NCBI GenBank assembly: GCA_030741355.1
Contig: JASLVM010000004.1
Span: 1,889 to 65,888 of the forward strand
Source of the DNA: Poseidonia sp.
GTDB lineage: Archaea > Thermoplasmatota > Poseidoniia > Poseidoniales > Poseidoniaceae
Reading direction: 5' to 3'
Length of the DNA stretch: 64,000 nucleotides
In this document: in pieces, positions 1 to 9,828 of the stretch
How the letters are laid out: every line of letters starts with the position of its first letter
Position numbering within the stretch: the first letter of the stretch is position 1
Program-made: the position numbers and the translations under genes
Notes under the pieces: generated by a model
What the model was told of the DNA's origin: nothing
Databases searched by the model: none
Seen by the model: the letters and a program-made list of their open reading frames with translations, nothing else

Positions 1-1304
1 ACGACCTCAGCGTCCATGGCCTTGGCCAAGTTCCCTGAGAGGCCTGCTTGTTTCAGCGCACCCACCACCTCACCGTTCTCCACCTTGAGAATGGCGCTGG
101 TGGTCACCGAGAAATCGCCGCTCGTAGGGTTGGCCGTGTGGGCCCCCATCACGCTGTTCACCACGTAGCCATCACCCATGTGTTCGAGTAACTGCTCCCA
201 CGAGCGCGTGGCCTCAGAAGTGGTCAAAAACAACTCCGTACATCCTGTTGAGGGAGGCGATTGATGGCCACCAGAGTTCGCTGAACCGGTGGACGCAGCA
301 GCGTCCGTTCGTCCCTCTGCAACCTGTTGTGCAGCATCCCGTGTTGACCACAGCATGTTGGTGAGCTTTCCACCCTCCACCAGGGCTTGGTGGCGACGAG
401 GCACGCCTTCAGCATCCCTTGAACCGGAGGCCATTCCACCTTCGAGAAGGCCGTTGTCGTGGATGGAAAGGGCTGGGTTGATGACACGTTCGTTCATGCG
501 TTCTGACCAGAACGATTCCTTGCGGACCATTTTTTCACCTGACATCGCAGGAGGAACAACCATGGAAAACAGCGGAGAAAACCCTTCACTTGTTAGCAGG
601 ACTGGCGTCTCAATCGCTTGGCTCTCAACCTTAAGTGGGTTTTGAGTTACTTGAGCCCAGTGGACCGCTCGTTCGATACAATTCGGAAGTTCAGGAAGTT
701 GGCTTCTGCTGGATTGACCCTGGTAGGAACTGGTGAGTTGCCCGTCAACATCCAAGGTGACTTGCAACCCAATGCCGTGAGACGTGGTCATCCCTGTTGA
801 GAGAATACCTTCGCTGGTCATCAAACATCCTGCGGTGGCCGAGATCCCGACGCCACCTCCGGTCACGATGGCGCGTTCGTCCAAGGAGGAAACATGCGAA
901 AGAATCGCATCCGCTTGCTCCAGCAGATCCTCTGAACTCAAATCAAGCAGTGATGAGTCCATTCGCCCACCAACTTCTTGCGCTGGTTGTTCACTCGGTA
1001 GAACAAAGCCTTCGATGGAAGGAGATTTCTTGGCAATAGCCACCGCTTGGTCGACGGCCCTTTCTGCTCCCGCTACGTCCACGAGGTGAGCGAAGCCAAA
1101 TCGGCCTTGGTCAACGACACGAACGCCAAATCCACCTTCACCGCCCCCGGCGGCCATCGTGATTTTTCCCGCTTCTATATCCAGTTGGTTTCCGTAGGAT
1201 TGGAAACCGATGAGATCCCATTGTTCAACGCCGCTTTTCCGGCAGGCATCAGCGATGACCTTCGCATTGGCAAGAAGCCGATCCTCTGCTCCATCGGGTA
1301 GCAT
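1..1304 (-). CDS. pmbA: PmbA/TldE-family protease component; C-terminus runs off the window
   Basis: The minus-strand frame is open but absent from the ORF track because no stop lies in the window. ATG at 1302-1304 sits 1 nt after the tldD stop. My translation begins MLPDGAEDRLLANAKVIADACRKSGVEQWDLIGFQSYGNQLDIEAGKITMAAGG, a PmbA-like N-terminus. It is paired with TldD as in known loci. I did not check every codon for stops. Confidence 0.7.
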   Translation of the reverse strand, partial: MLPDGAEDRLLANAKVIADACRKSGVEQWDLIGFQSYGNQLDIEAGKITMAAGGGEGGFGVRVVDQGRFGFAHLVDVAGAERAVDQAVAIAKKSPSIEGFVLPSEQPAQEVGGRMDSSLLDLSSEDLLEQADAILSHVSSLDERAIVTGGGVGISATAGCLMTSEGILSTGMTTSHGIGLQVTLDVDGQLTSSYQGQSSRSQLPELPNCIERAVHWAQVTQNPLKVESQAIETPVLLTSEGFSPLFSMVVPPAMSGEKMVRKESFWSERMNERVINPALSIHDNGLLEGGMASGSRDAEGVPRRHQALVEGGKLTNMLWSTRDAAQQVAEGRTDAAASTGSANSGGHQSPPSTGCTELFLTTSEATRSWEQLLEHMGDGYVVNSVMGAHTANPTSGDFSVTTSAILKVENGEVVGALKQAGLSGNLAKAMDAEV

Positions 1305-1305
1305 A

Positions 1306-2748
1306 TCAGCCCACCAACGCTTCACTGATTCGCATGACGGGGCCACCGTCTCCGACCGGGACGGTTTGGCCTTTGCCGCAGAAGCCGGGTGAGGCGAGCG
1401 AAGCATCCTTTGTCAATCCGTCAACGTTCTTCAAAATCTCAAGGGTGAGCCCGCTGACGCTTACGTCCTTCAGTGGGCGAGTCAATTCGCCGTTTTCGAT
1501 AAGCCATGCCTCCTGAGCAGCAAATTGGAACGAACCACGACCGGTGTCCACTTGCCCACCGCGTGTACCACAAGCGTAAACACCGTACTGAATGTCCTCC
1601 ATCAGGTCATCCAAATCGGCATGCGTACCGCCTTGAATCATGGTGTTGCTCATGCGCACGAGTGGATGATGAAGCCCGTCTTGCGCCCTGGCTCCACCGT
1701 TGGGATCGACACCGAAATGGTGAGCCGTTTCCCGATGATTGAGGTATTCGGTCAACACTCCATTCTTGATGAGAACTTTCTCGCGGGTGTTGACACCTTC
1801 GTCGTCCACCGGATAAGCCCCATAACCTCCCATCATGGTTGGGTCGTCAACCACGGTGACGATGTCGTTTCCAATTTTCTCGCCAAGTTTTCCGACCAAG
1901 CAAGAATCACCAGCAGCGACCAAATCGGCCTCGCATGGGTGACCAAGAGCTTCGTGAATGTAAACGCCAGTCAAATCTTTGTCGGCGATGAGAGGGAGTT
2001 TCCCAGAAGGTGCCCGCTCAGCCTTGAGCAACCGAAGCGCCGCACGTTGGGCGTCCTCACCAAGGCCGACCAAATTCGCTTCCTGGATGATTTCAAGGCC
2101 GCCTTGACCTCCATGGCGGGTGCGATAGGAGACCACTTCACCGTCCCTTCGGGCGGTGACCATGGCGTTGACCAGCGAACGTTGGAAAGACCAGACACGA
2201 TCCATCCCTTCGGTGGTCATCAATTCGGTGTGGATGTGCTCATCGCTCCACCCCGTCCGAATGGATACAATGTCATCGTGCCCACTGGCTCCGTGATACA
2301 TCTCGTTCATCAGGTTGATTTTCTGGTCAAGGTCGGTGTCTCTGACGTCCAATTTTGAGTGCCAGTGCGTCTCGTCTTCGAGGACGGGGATTTCAGCAAG
2401 ACCGATGGGGCGCTCCTTGGGAGAGCGACGTTTAGCGACCGCTTTGGCGAGTCGAGTGGTCGATTCAATCTGGTCGGAGAGGGAGGCGAGGTCGGTGGTT
2501 GAATGAACGCCCCATGCACCGTCGGCGAGCACCCGCAACGTCATGCCCAATTCTTGGCCTGGGATGGCTCGTTCCAAGACGCCGTCTCGCATGGCGACCG
2601 AAGACTCGGTAAGAGCCACAACACGAACTTCGGCGTAACTTGCCCCGTGAGTCTGCGCTGAATCGAGCGCCTTTCGCACCTTTTCTTGGTCCAAATACCG
2701 TCCAGCGCTAGGACGGTGTCCTTCGTTTTGCTTGGCTGCCATCACCAT
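1306..2748 (-). CDS. tldD: TldD-family zinc metalloprotease
   Basis: 480-aa ORF with ATG start. It carries the HEALGHPCEADL metal-binding motif plus GGYGAYPVDDEG and GRGSFQFAAQEAW blocks typical of TldD. Confidence 0.9.
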   Translation of the reverse strand: MVMAAKQNEGHRPSAGRYLDQEKVRKALDSAQTHGASYAEVRVVALTESSVAMRDGVLERAIPGQELGMTLRVLADGAWGVHSTTDLASLSDQIESTTRLAKAVAKRRSPKERPIGLAEIPVLEDETHWHSKLDVRDTDLDQKINLMNEMYHGASGHDDIVSIRTGWSDEHIHTELMTTEGMDRVWSFQRSLVNAMVTARRDGEVVSYRTRHGGQGGLEIIQEANLVGLGEDAQRAALRLLKAERAPSGKLPLIADKDLTGVYIHEALGHPCEADLVAAGDSCLVGKLGEKIGNDIVTVVDDPTMMGGYGAYPVDDEGVNTREKVLIKNGVLTEYLNHRETAHHFGVDPNGGARAQDGLHHPLVRMSNTMIQGGTHADLDDLMEDIQYGVYACGTRGGQVDTGRGSFQFAAQEAWLIENGELTRPLKDVSVSGLTLEILKNVDGLTKDASLASPGFCGKGQTVPVGDGGPVMRISEALVG

Positions 2749-2785
2749 GAGTCAACCAAGAAGCCGGAGCCTTTGAACCCTCCCT

Positions 2786-3361
2786 TCACCGGTGGGAAGA
2801 ACTCTGGTCATCTGCCATCAAAATGTGAGCGATGATGGATTCGGAGACTCGGGGTTCGGACCACCCATCAGCATCGATGCCGAGTTGTTTTGCACCCTCT
2901 ATAGAGAAGGACATATCGGAGGAATCTTCTGGCCATTCAAGTTGACCAAGAAGGTCTGCAAGGTTCGTTTCAAAATCCGAAACATCTTCTGCCACGGGTT
3001 GAAGATGCCCCAAATCGTTCTCCAATCCAGTTACCCCGGGCAAGCAAACGATCCAAGCCGTTGTTTGGCCCTTCTGCAACCCGGCCCGGTTGAAGGCTTC
3101 TGAGATGTGATGAGTGCCTGCCAGGTAGCGGAGAAATTCTGCATCGATGCTTCGAGCCACCATTCGCCCTCTCAATTCGTTTCGAGCGGCTTGTATCCAA
3201 GCCGTCCAAAGTTGTTCATCGCTCATCACAGCGTGGGCGCCCAACAGCACCCAATTCGATGAAGGACGCTGCTTAAGGAAGGCATCGACATTTGATTGGG
3301 GTGAACCACCACCAACACGAACGCCCCGGCAAGGAAAGGCGGGGAAACTCATGTTATGCAC
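2786..3361 (-). CDS. cgi121: KEOPS subunit Cgi121-like protein
   Basis: 191-aa ORF 18 nt downstream of hel308. The block SIDAEFLRYLAGTHHISEAFNRAGL matches the conserved E-x-LL-x-SG-x-x-QI-x-x-A helix pair of archaeal Cgi121. This is a by-eye match only. Confidence 0.5.
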   Translation of the reverse strand: MHNMSFPAFPCRGVRVGGGSPQSNVDAFLKQRPSSNWVLLGAHAVMSDEQLWTAWIQAARNELRGRMVARSIDAEFLRYLAGTHHISEAFNRAGLQKGQTTAWIVCLPGVTGLENDLGHLQPVAEDVSDFETNLADLLGQLEWPEDSSDMSFSIEGAKQLGIDADGWSEPRVSESIIAHILMADDQSSSHR

Positions 3362-3379
3362 CCACCAAGCCCTCGGATT

Positions 3380-5980
3380 TCAATCATCCTCACGTCGCTC
3401 ACCGGCCAAGGGTGCGTCGTCGTCTCGAGGAGTTGACACGGTTTGCTCGGCGGATGAGGTCTTCAGAACTCGGGCAATTTCAACATGAATCTTGTCCAAA
3501 AGGACAGGGCCCCACCCGCGTTTCGCGAGCAAGGCATCACGGTGCTTTGCAGACATGGTGAGCACTTCCTTTGGCTCCCTCATGCCCAAGGCAGCCAGTT
3601 CACGTGCTCGCTGGCGACCGACATGGCGAATGTTGACGAGTTGGAGCAAGTCGGTTTTACAACCGTGTCGAACCCGCTGTTGAAGCGTACTCAACTGTTG
3701 GACGACAGAAGCAACGATCGGGAGGTGTTCCTCCGCAAAGACATCGTCGGTCAACAGGACATGCTGTGCGCCGGCGAGTAACCAACCCATCAAATCGACC
3801 CGGTGATGGACGTCCCCCGGCGAGACGTCAAGTGTTTCCTCAAGTTGACGGAGCGTGATTTCTTCCGTCCATTCTTCAACCATCCAGGCCGACTTGATGT
3901 CGCTCAACAAAGCCTCTGCATAACCCGGTTCAATCAGCAGTTCGTCCTCCGATGCATTGGCCTTGAGCCAGGTGGGGGAATTCACTTCCATATCGGCCGA
4001 TTTCGCCCACAAGGACACGAAATCCGGTGTTGCGACGGCCAAGTGTAAGAACCCAAAATCCGTCACCGGCCCGTCTTGCCGAACAGAACGCCGTACCGCC
4101 CTGCGCAGTCCACGTCGGAGGATGGAGGCAGAGAGCGGGTCAAGATACAGTTGCGTCACCCGTTCACCCATGGGCGTGGCTTCGTAGCGCATGCTGGGGC
4201 CGTCCTCTGCGGCTGGCTGGGCCCAGCCGCCCGTTTGTGGGAGGGTGGTGGCTTTGGAAAAGCCAATCGAAGGTGAGGCGTGCGGACTGGAAGAGCGTTT
4301 TGGAGGCGTTGTGCGGTGACCGCCGGGCGTCCACGAAACGCCTTGAGTTGAACGGGCACTCGACGCCCAGACGGGAACGGTGTCGTCCCAAGCTTCCTCA
4401 TCGTCAAGACCGACGTCGGCCCAACGGGAAGCGTAATGCTCATCCAAGCCGCATTTGCGAATAAATCGCTCCTCAACCAGCCAATCCAACATGGTGGTGA
4501 GGCGTTCTCGCAACTGAGAAGGTGGGAGGCTGGCCCCGAGGAAGGTCGAGGAGAAGAAATGCTCAATCGTCCCTTTGTGAACCAGCCCTCCCGTGGCAAT
4601 GCTGGCCAAAAGGTGCATTCGCAAAGCAGGCTCAGATGCAAGTTTAGAGGTGATATCCTCAATCGGGCCAAAGAAATAGCGGTCGGCTACGGCATCGGCG
4701 ACCTCCCACCCGTCCGTGCCTTTGCAATTGACCCAAGCTTCTCCCTTGGTGTCGTACTTTGGCCGACCTGCCCTACCGAGCATTTGACGCACCTCCATCA
4801 CTGGAAGGGGGCGACTCATGCCATCGTCCCAACGTTTCAAGTCCCTGACCAAAACTCGGCGTGCGGGGAGATTAACCCCCGCCGCAAGCGTGGGCGTAGC
4901 CGTCAGGGCCACCAGTAAACCGGATTTGAAAGCGGCTTCCACATCTTTTCGTTGTGCATTGGTCAACCCCGCGTGATGGAAACCCACCCCCGAAGATAGG
5001 CAAGAAGAGAGTTGCTCAGCAAGGTTCGATTGGCTCCGACCGGTGAGGTTTCCTGCGAAGGCTTCAAGCTTTTCCAACCGCTCAGGATCCTCTTTCAAAA
5101 GTCGCTTGCGAACACGTTTGGCGAGATTTTTAGCCTCCGATTGAGCGCTTCTTCGCGTGCCAACAAACATCAACACCTGTGCCCCTTGGTCCAAACCATC
5201 ACTCACCACACTCCACACGGGGTGGCTTTTGAGGCCAACGAGATCCCGAGGTGGACTGAGTTGTGTCGAAGTTCCTTCCTCTGTAGGCGATTGAATCTTT
5301 CTTGGCTCCACATGGAAATCATGGAAGGTGGCGTATTCCAAAGCAACCGGCCGCCAGTCCGATTGAATCAAATCGGCATCAAGCCATTCAGCCAATTGTG
5401 GAGAGTTTCCAACGGTCGCCGACAAAGCGATGATTTGTGCGTCCGGCTTGATATGACGGAGCCGAGTCAAGTTGATTTCAAGCGTAGGTCCTCGCGTGCC
5501 GTCGTTCATGAGATGGAATTCATCGGCAACAACACAGCAGAGGTCGGAAACCAGTTCTGCACGATGACGCAACAAAGAATCCAATTTTTCAGAAGTGCAC
5601 ACGAGAATGTTGCACTCGTCGATGTTTTTGGCTTCGGCCGTGGCGTCGCCGATTCCCAAACCCACCGAGAGACCGCAGGCCGTCGCTATGGCCTTCAGGT
5701 CCTCGTACTTCTCCATCGCCAAGGCTTTGAGAGGAACGATGTAGACCGCTTTGGAACGTTCATGACCCTCTGAAAGTCGTTTGAGCATGGCCATGTAGGC
5801 CAGCAGTGACTTACCCGAAGCGGTGGGGATAGCAACCAGCGTATTTCGGCCCGACAAGATACTTGGGATGGCCTTTGCTTGAGGAGGGTGTAATCGCTCA
5901 ATACCCCATTCATGACGGAGAAAATCAAGAAATTTCTTGGGCAGGTCAAGACTTGAAACATCCCTGTTGCCCACCTCCAT
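3380..5980 (-). CDS. hel308: Hel308/Ski2-like DNA helicase
   Basis: Helicase motifs AIPTASGKS (I), DEFH (II) and SAT (III) are present, with a C-terminal helix-hairpin-helix region. I trimmed the start to ATG 5978-5980 (MEVGNRDVSSLDLPKKF). The track extension to 6154 is basic junk overlapping the divergent gene. Confidence 0.85.
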   Translation of the reverse strand: MEVGNRDVSSLDLPKKFLDFLRHEWGIERLHPPQAKAIPSILSGRNTLVAIPTASGKSLLAYMAMLKRLSEGHERSKAVYIVPLKALAMEKYEDLKAIATACGLSVGLGIGDATAEAKNIDECNILVCTSEKLDSLLRHRAELVSDLCCVVADEFHLMNDGTRGPTLEINLTRLRHIKPDAQIIALSATVGNSPQLAEWLDADLIQSDWRPVALEYATFHDFHVEPRKIQSPTEEGTSTQLSPPRDLVGLKSHPVWSVVSDGLDQGAQVLMFVGTRRSAQSEAKNLAKRVRKRLLKEDPERLEKLEAFAGNLTGRSQSNLAEQLSSCLSSGVGFHHAGLTNAQRKDVEAAFKSGLLVALTATPTLAAGVNLPARRVLVRDLKRWDDGMSRPLPVMEVRQMLGRAGRPKYDTKGEAWVNCKGTDGWEVADAVADRYFFGPIEDITSKLASEPALRMHLLASIATGGLVHKGTIEHFFSSTFLGASLPPSQLRERLTTMLDWLVEERFIRKCGLDEHYASRWADVGLDDEEAWDDTVPVWASSARSTQGVSWTPGGHRTTPPKRSSSPHASPSIGFSKATTLPQTGGWAQPAAEDGPSMRYEATPMGERVTQLYLDPLSASILRRGLRRAVRRSVRQDGPVTDFGFLHLAVATPDFVSLWAKSADMEVNSPTWLKANASEDELLIEPGYAEALLSDIKSAWMVEEWTEEITLRQLEETLDVSPGDVHHRVDLMGWLLAGAQHVLLTDDVFAEEHLPIVASVVQQLSTLQQRVRHGCKTDLLQLVNIRHVGRQRARELAALGMREPKEVLTMSAKHRDALLAKRGWGPVLLDKIHVEIARVLKTSSAEQTVSTPRDDDAPLAGERREDD

Positions 5981-6068
5981 ATTCCTGCATATCGGGCAGC
6001 GGTTCAAAAGGACAACGCCCTGCTTTTGTTGCCGACACTTACAAGTTCCACCTGTCCATGGTCGGGTC

Positions 6069-6677
6069 ATGAGCGACGAGCGAGACGCCTTGGTCGAAGA
6101 ACGACTTTCGGTCTTTGATGATGAACCCGACCTGAACGATTGGGTCGAAGTCATGTGCGGTGCAGCGATGGTCGTGTTGGGCGTTTTTCATCTCGTTGAA
6201 CCTGGAAATCTCGTTGACCCTGACATCATGCGCTGGTTCGCTGCTGCCGTCGTGGCGGCTGGAGCCGTTTGGGCCGGTCACGGCCTCAAGGACATGGGCG
6301 TGAAAGAAGTCCGCCGTTCGATTGCAATGCTCGATATGGTCAACAACGACCAAGGGGTCGACACCGGTTTGATTCGAGACGTCCTCCTCAACCAAGAAGC
6401 CTACAAGGAATTCCTCGTTCATGCCTACGAATCGGCATGGGAAGACGGTGTCATCACCGAAGCAGAACTCAAGGAGTTGCAATCCTTCCAACAAGCCCTT
6501 GGAATCAGTGATGAAGAGGCAGCTGGCCTCAATGTCAAAGCGGCCATTAAGTCCGCTGCCGCTGACGGAGAGATCACAGAGGAAGAGGCAAAATCCATTG
6601 AAACGGCTGCCAAGGCTGCGAAAATGACGGAAGAGGAAACCGCTGAAGCCGTCAACAAGGAATTGGACAAGGCCTGA
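6069..6677 (+). CDS. Small membrane protein with acidic TerB-like C-terminal repeats
   Basis: ATG at 6069. There are two hydrophobic helices (MCGAAMVVLGVFHLV, WFAAAVVAAGAVWAGHGL). These are followed by repeats DGVITEAELKELQSFQQALGISDEEA and DGEITEEEAKSIETAAKAA. The family call is weak. Confidence 0.45.
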   Translation: MSDERDALVEERLSVFDDEPDLNDWVEVMCGAAMVVLGVFHLVEPGNLVDPDIMRWFAAAVVAAGAVWAGHGLKDMGVKEVRRSIAMLDMVNNDQGVDTGLIRDVLLNQEAYKEFLVHAYESAWEDGVITEAELKELQSFQQALGISDEEAAGLNVKAAIKSAAADGEITEEEAKSIETAAKAAKMTEEETAEAVNKELDKA

Positions 6678-8723
6678 TCAATTCCACTGATTGGTGTTCT
6701 GAGTTGTAAACTCCAGAGCCAGTTGCTCTGCTTTGCTTTTCCGTTGGACTTCCATCCATGTCGCTGCAAGACCCAAAGCCAAACCGCCCAACATCAGGGC
6801 TCCACCGTACGGCAACAAGCCGGAGGCGCTTTTGACACCCCAAGAGGATGGAGGTATATCTCCCAGGTCAAAGCCATCGGAAGGAAGGAACATGACGTCG
6901 AGGAGATCCAAGTCGCAGTCGCACAGTGAAATCGAAATTCGCTCAGGGAACAGCGAGCCCTGCAGACGCACCCAATCGTCGGTGGACACACTTGCTGGTC
7001 GCGTTGACCACGCAGGGGCTGCAAAAGAACCCGTGGCCGGTGCAGCAAGCATTTCGGTATCGATATGAATCACGGAGGATTCTGGTTTATCTTCAACCAC
7101 CAACATCGCTTCAAGGATGAGTAAATCAAGCAAAAGGGAACGGCCTGCGAGTAAGATGAAACGAACCGTTTGGCTTTCCAGCATCCCTTCTTGCGATTGT
7201 TGCGTTTCGCCTTTGGCCACCTGACCAAAGATAGCCTGGTCCAAACGCAAGGATTCCAATTCAGGAACCATCAATTGCCATCGACCATCATCGAGCGGGA
7301 TGGCTTCTTCAATGTCCAATTTCATCTTCAAACGCTCACCTTCCAGCATACCCCAAGTCGCTCCAGTGTGCGTGTAGAGCGTTTGTTCAGGAACACCTTC
7401 AGCAGAGACATCCCAAAGTTGCTGAAGCCTCATCTCAATCAATGTTTCAAGGGTGATTTCATCTTGATGTTGAACTTCATCGGCCATGGCCCAAAGGGGA
7501 TGCAAGATGCCCCCGACCAGCAGCATCAACACGCCGGGAACAAAGAGGCCAAAACGAACACCGTAAGCCGTAGTAGGACGCATAGCGACCACCAAAAACA
7601 AAATCAACATCACCGTGGAAACCAACAACAAACCTGCGCCGTGGGAATTGAGTGCTTCGGCACGGTCCACATCACCGGCAAGGGCGGCGCCTTGTGGGTA
7701 GTAACTCGCTGATGAAAAGCCACTGGGGTCGGTCGGACCAAGCCCTTCGTAGCCAAACACACCGGTCCATGAATAAGATTGAATTTTTTGAGGTGAGCCG
7801 TGCATGCACAAGGTGTAGTCTCCCGTGGGTAAGGCCCGCCAACGGTACGTGATCTTCAGCGATTCACCGTCGTCATCCACCACCACATCCGGGGCAGGGG
7901 AGAGCCGCCCTGCGGCTGTAATGAGGTCGGGAACAGAATGAGGTTGTTCAATTTCAATCGGCACCAACTCCCATTCCACCATCAGTCGGAGCACCTCGTG
8001 GGTTTCCACTTCAAAAGCCCAACAATCATGGTCTTCCCCGACCAATGCACCACGATGGACGTCTTCGAAAACCGTTTCCACAGGTTGAGTGGTTGAGGAG
8101 GGTTCATCCATATCAGCAAGGGCAGCGTCAATCGACCATGGAATGTCAATTTTGAGGAAAGAGGCGCCCCTCATGTTGAGCGACCATGTACCCGGGCGGT
8201 CAAGCGTGACTGAAAACAGCAGGCGAACGGGGTCGCCTTCCCAAAGAACGCGCCCCTCATCGAGGTTCAATGATTCGTAGTAAAGGGCATAATTTTCTGA
8301 AGCAGGTTCGGGGAGTGTGCTGGCATCAAAGGACCATTCGTTGATGTTTTGGCCGAGAATCAAACGGACTTCAAGAGCCGGCCGAAACAGGCTCCCCGAC
8401 TCGGTTTGGTGTTTGAAATCAAGTTGAAACTCCCGTAGGATTTCTGGAAGCAGAGCGATGTGGTACTGGCTGGGGTCCATCTCGAATTCGAAGGTCAAGG
8501 TCTCGGGTTGGACCAGGTTGGCGAAGGTCTGCCCTGAAACCTGCTCCTCACCAATGGGCGTCGGTGTAAGTACGCAGTCGTTGTCGGCACGACAGGAAAG
8601 AAAGAGGTCCCCGTTGTCTTCGGTAAGGTCTGCTGAAGCGGGAACAGCCGGATGAATCATCAACAAAAAGAGACTTAGAAGCAGCAGAAACGGCCTGTGC
8701 TTCAAGACCGACCCTTGCATCAT
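6678..8723 (-). CDS. Secreted/membrane-anchored protein of unknown function
   Basis: 681-aa ORF with ATG-ATG start. It has an N-terminal signal-like segment (RPFLLLLSLFLLMIHPAVPASA), central hydrophobic helices (GLLLVSTVMLILFLVVAM, LFVPGVLMLLVGGILHPLW) and a C-terminal anchor (ALMLGGLALGLAATW). It lies 27 nt downstream of the SprT-like gene. Confidence 0.6.
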   Translation of the reverse strand: MMQGSVLKHRPFLLLLSLFLLMIHPAVPASADLTEDNGDLFLSCRADNDCVLTPTPIGEEQVSGQTFANLVQPETLTFEFEMDPSQYHIALLPEILREFQLDFKHQTESGSLFRPALEVRLILGQNINEWSFDASTLPEPASENYALYYESLNLDEGRVLWEGDPVRLLFSVTLDRPGTWSLNMRGASFLKIDIPWSIDAALADMDEPSSTTQPVETVFEDVHRGALVGEDHDCWAFEVETHEVLRLMVEWELVPIEIEQPHSVPDLITAAGRLSPAPDVVVDDDGESLKITYRWRALPTGDYTLCMHGSPQKIQSYSWTGVFGYEGLGPTDPSGFSSASYYPQGAALAGDVDRAEALNSHGAGLLLVSTVMLILFLVVAMRPTTAYGVRFGLFVPGVLMLLVGGILHPLWAMADEVQHQDEITLETLIEMRLQQLWDVSAEGVPEQTLYTHTGATWGMLEGERLKMKLDIEEAIPLDDGRWQLMVPELESLRLDQAIFGQVAKGETQQSQEGMLESQTVRFILLAGRSLLLDLLILEAMLVVEDKPESSVIHIDTEMLAAPATGSFAAPAWSTRPASVSTDDWVRLQGSLFPERISISLCDCDLDLLDVMFLPSDGFDLGDIPPSSWGVKSASGLLPYGGALMLGGLALGLAATWMEVQRKSKAEQLALEFTTQNTNQWN

Positions 8724-8750
8724 TAAATTGAACCAACATGGGCCAGTATT

Positions 8751-9287
8751 TCATTGGATGTCCTGCATGGGCACATCAACGAGGACGGTTCGACAGGTCC
8801 GGCAGAGGTACCTGCCTCCGCCTCTACGCTGACGGGGGAATCGAAGGTCGCACGTCGAACAGACCCAGTGCCATTTGGCCCGCATCAGGCGGCGCTCGTG
8901 GGTGAACGCCTTGCCTCGTGATGCCCCCGACTGGTCGGGCCATTGTGCCTCCATGTTTCTGAAGAGTGCATCGTGAGCCCGGTGTCCAAGAACATGAAGA
9001 AATTCATGATACATGACAAACAGAGCGTAGTCTCGCCATTCTTCATTCAGCAAGGCAGGATGAAGGTCGACAACATCAACCGCTAACTCCCCCGATGGTT
9101 CAACATTCCAACGGGTGACGCCGTGACGTTGAGTGGCGCTGGACCGCAAAACACCCAACCGTACACCAACCAAAGGCGAGAGGTCGACCGTTCCGAGGAA
9201 CGAGATTTGCGCCATGCTTTCAAGAACTTGACATCGCAGACCTTCAAGGAAGGCTATTTGTTGGTCGTTCGGCTTGACCACCGGCAT
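8751..9287 (-). CDS. SprT-like zinc metalloprotease domain protein with C-terminal zinc ribbon
   Basis: HExxH motif in YHEFLHVLGH. The C-terminus has CSTC...CRTC cysteine pairs. Size (178 aa) and layout fit the SprT/WLM-like family. Confidence 0.6.
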   Translation of the reverse strand: MPVVKPNDQQIAFLEGLRCQVLESMAQISFLGTVDLSPLVGVRLGVLRSSATQRHGVTRWNVEPSGELAVDVVDLHPALLNEEWRDYALFVMYHEFLHVLGHRAHDALFRNMEAQWPDQSGASRGKAFTHERRLMRAKWHWVCSTCDLRFPRQRRGGGRYLCRTCRTVLVDVPMQDIQ

Positions 9288-9290
9288 CCC

Positions 9291-9758
9291 TCATGACCAG
9301 CGATGGTAGGCGGGGTGGCCTTCTTTGACCGCAACGAAAAGTCCGCTTCCCGTGGCGCAAACCTTCCCTTCGGCCTCCAGCGTCAACTGGACGCTTACCC
9401 TGTCCTCCGATACTTCGGTCGTCTGGCTGGTGACCGTAAGCATGGCACCAAGCGGCGTGGGGCGACGAAGTTGAACGTCGTACTTGGCCGTCACCGTGCA
9501 CGGTGGTTCGTCCAAATCTTGAGTGTCCATGAGGGCCACAGCAGCCGTCCAGTTTCCATGGCAGTCGAGCAGCGTCCCAATGATGCCGCCGTTTACCATA
9601 CCGGGGAAGGCTTGGTGATGGTCTTCTGGCATGTATTCCATTCGAAGACCACCCTCAATGCGATAAGAATTGATTTGAAGACCGTGTTTGTTGGCAGGAC
9701 CACACCCGAAGCAAATCGAAGAAGGGGCGTAGATTTGTTGGACACTTTCCTCTTCCAT
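9291..9758 (-). CDS. PaaI/hotdog-fold thioesterase
   Basis: The start was trimmed to ATG 9756-9758 (MEEESVQQIY). The CFGCGPANKHGLQI and GGIIGTLLDCHG blocks are typical of PaaI-type thioesterases. The stop is 3 nt before the SprT-like start. Confidence 0.65.
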   Translation of the reverse strand: MEEESVQQIYAPSSICFGCGPANKHGLQINSYRIEGGLRMEYMPEDHHQAFPGMVNGGIIGTLLDCHGNWTAAVALMDTQDLDEPPCTVTAKYDVQLRRPTPLGAMLTVTSQTTEVSEDRVSVQLTLEAEGKVCATGSGLFVAVKEGHPAYHRWS

Positions 9759-9828
9759 GTGCGGATGAGGAGGAATTCGCTTCTTGGTTCTTCCCTCCCT
9801 CCTCCAGCGGAGTGTTGATGACGGAGGC

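Noticed and set aside
5981-6154. Track N-terminal extensions of real genes: hel308 to 6154, cca ORF from 31650, thioesterase to 9920, scpB to 47001, PKD protease to 23574, gcvH-like from 35622.
   Set aside because: The extensions start at TTG/GTG or at distant ATG codons and are basic or low-complexity. They overlap neighbouring genes and lie upstream of ATG codons with good SD-like motifs that begin the conserved sequence.
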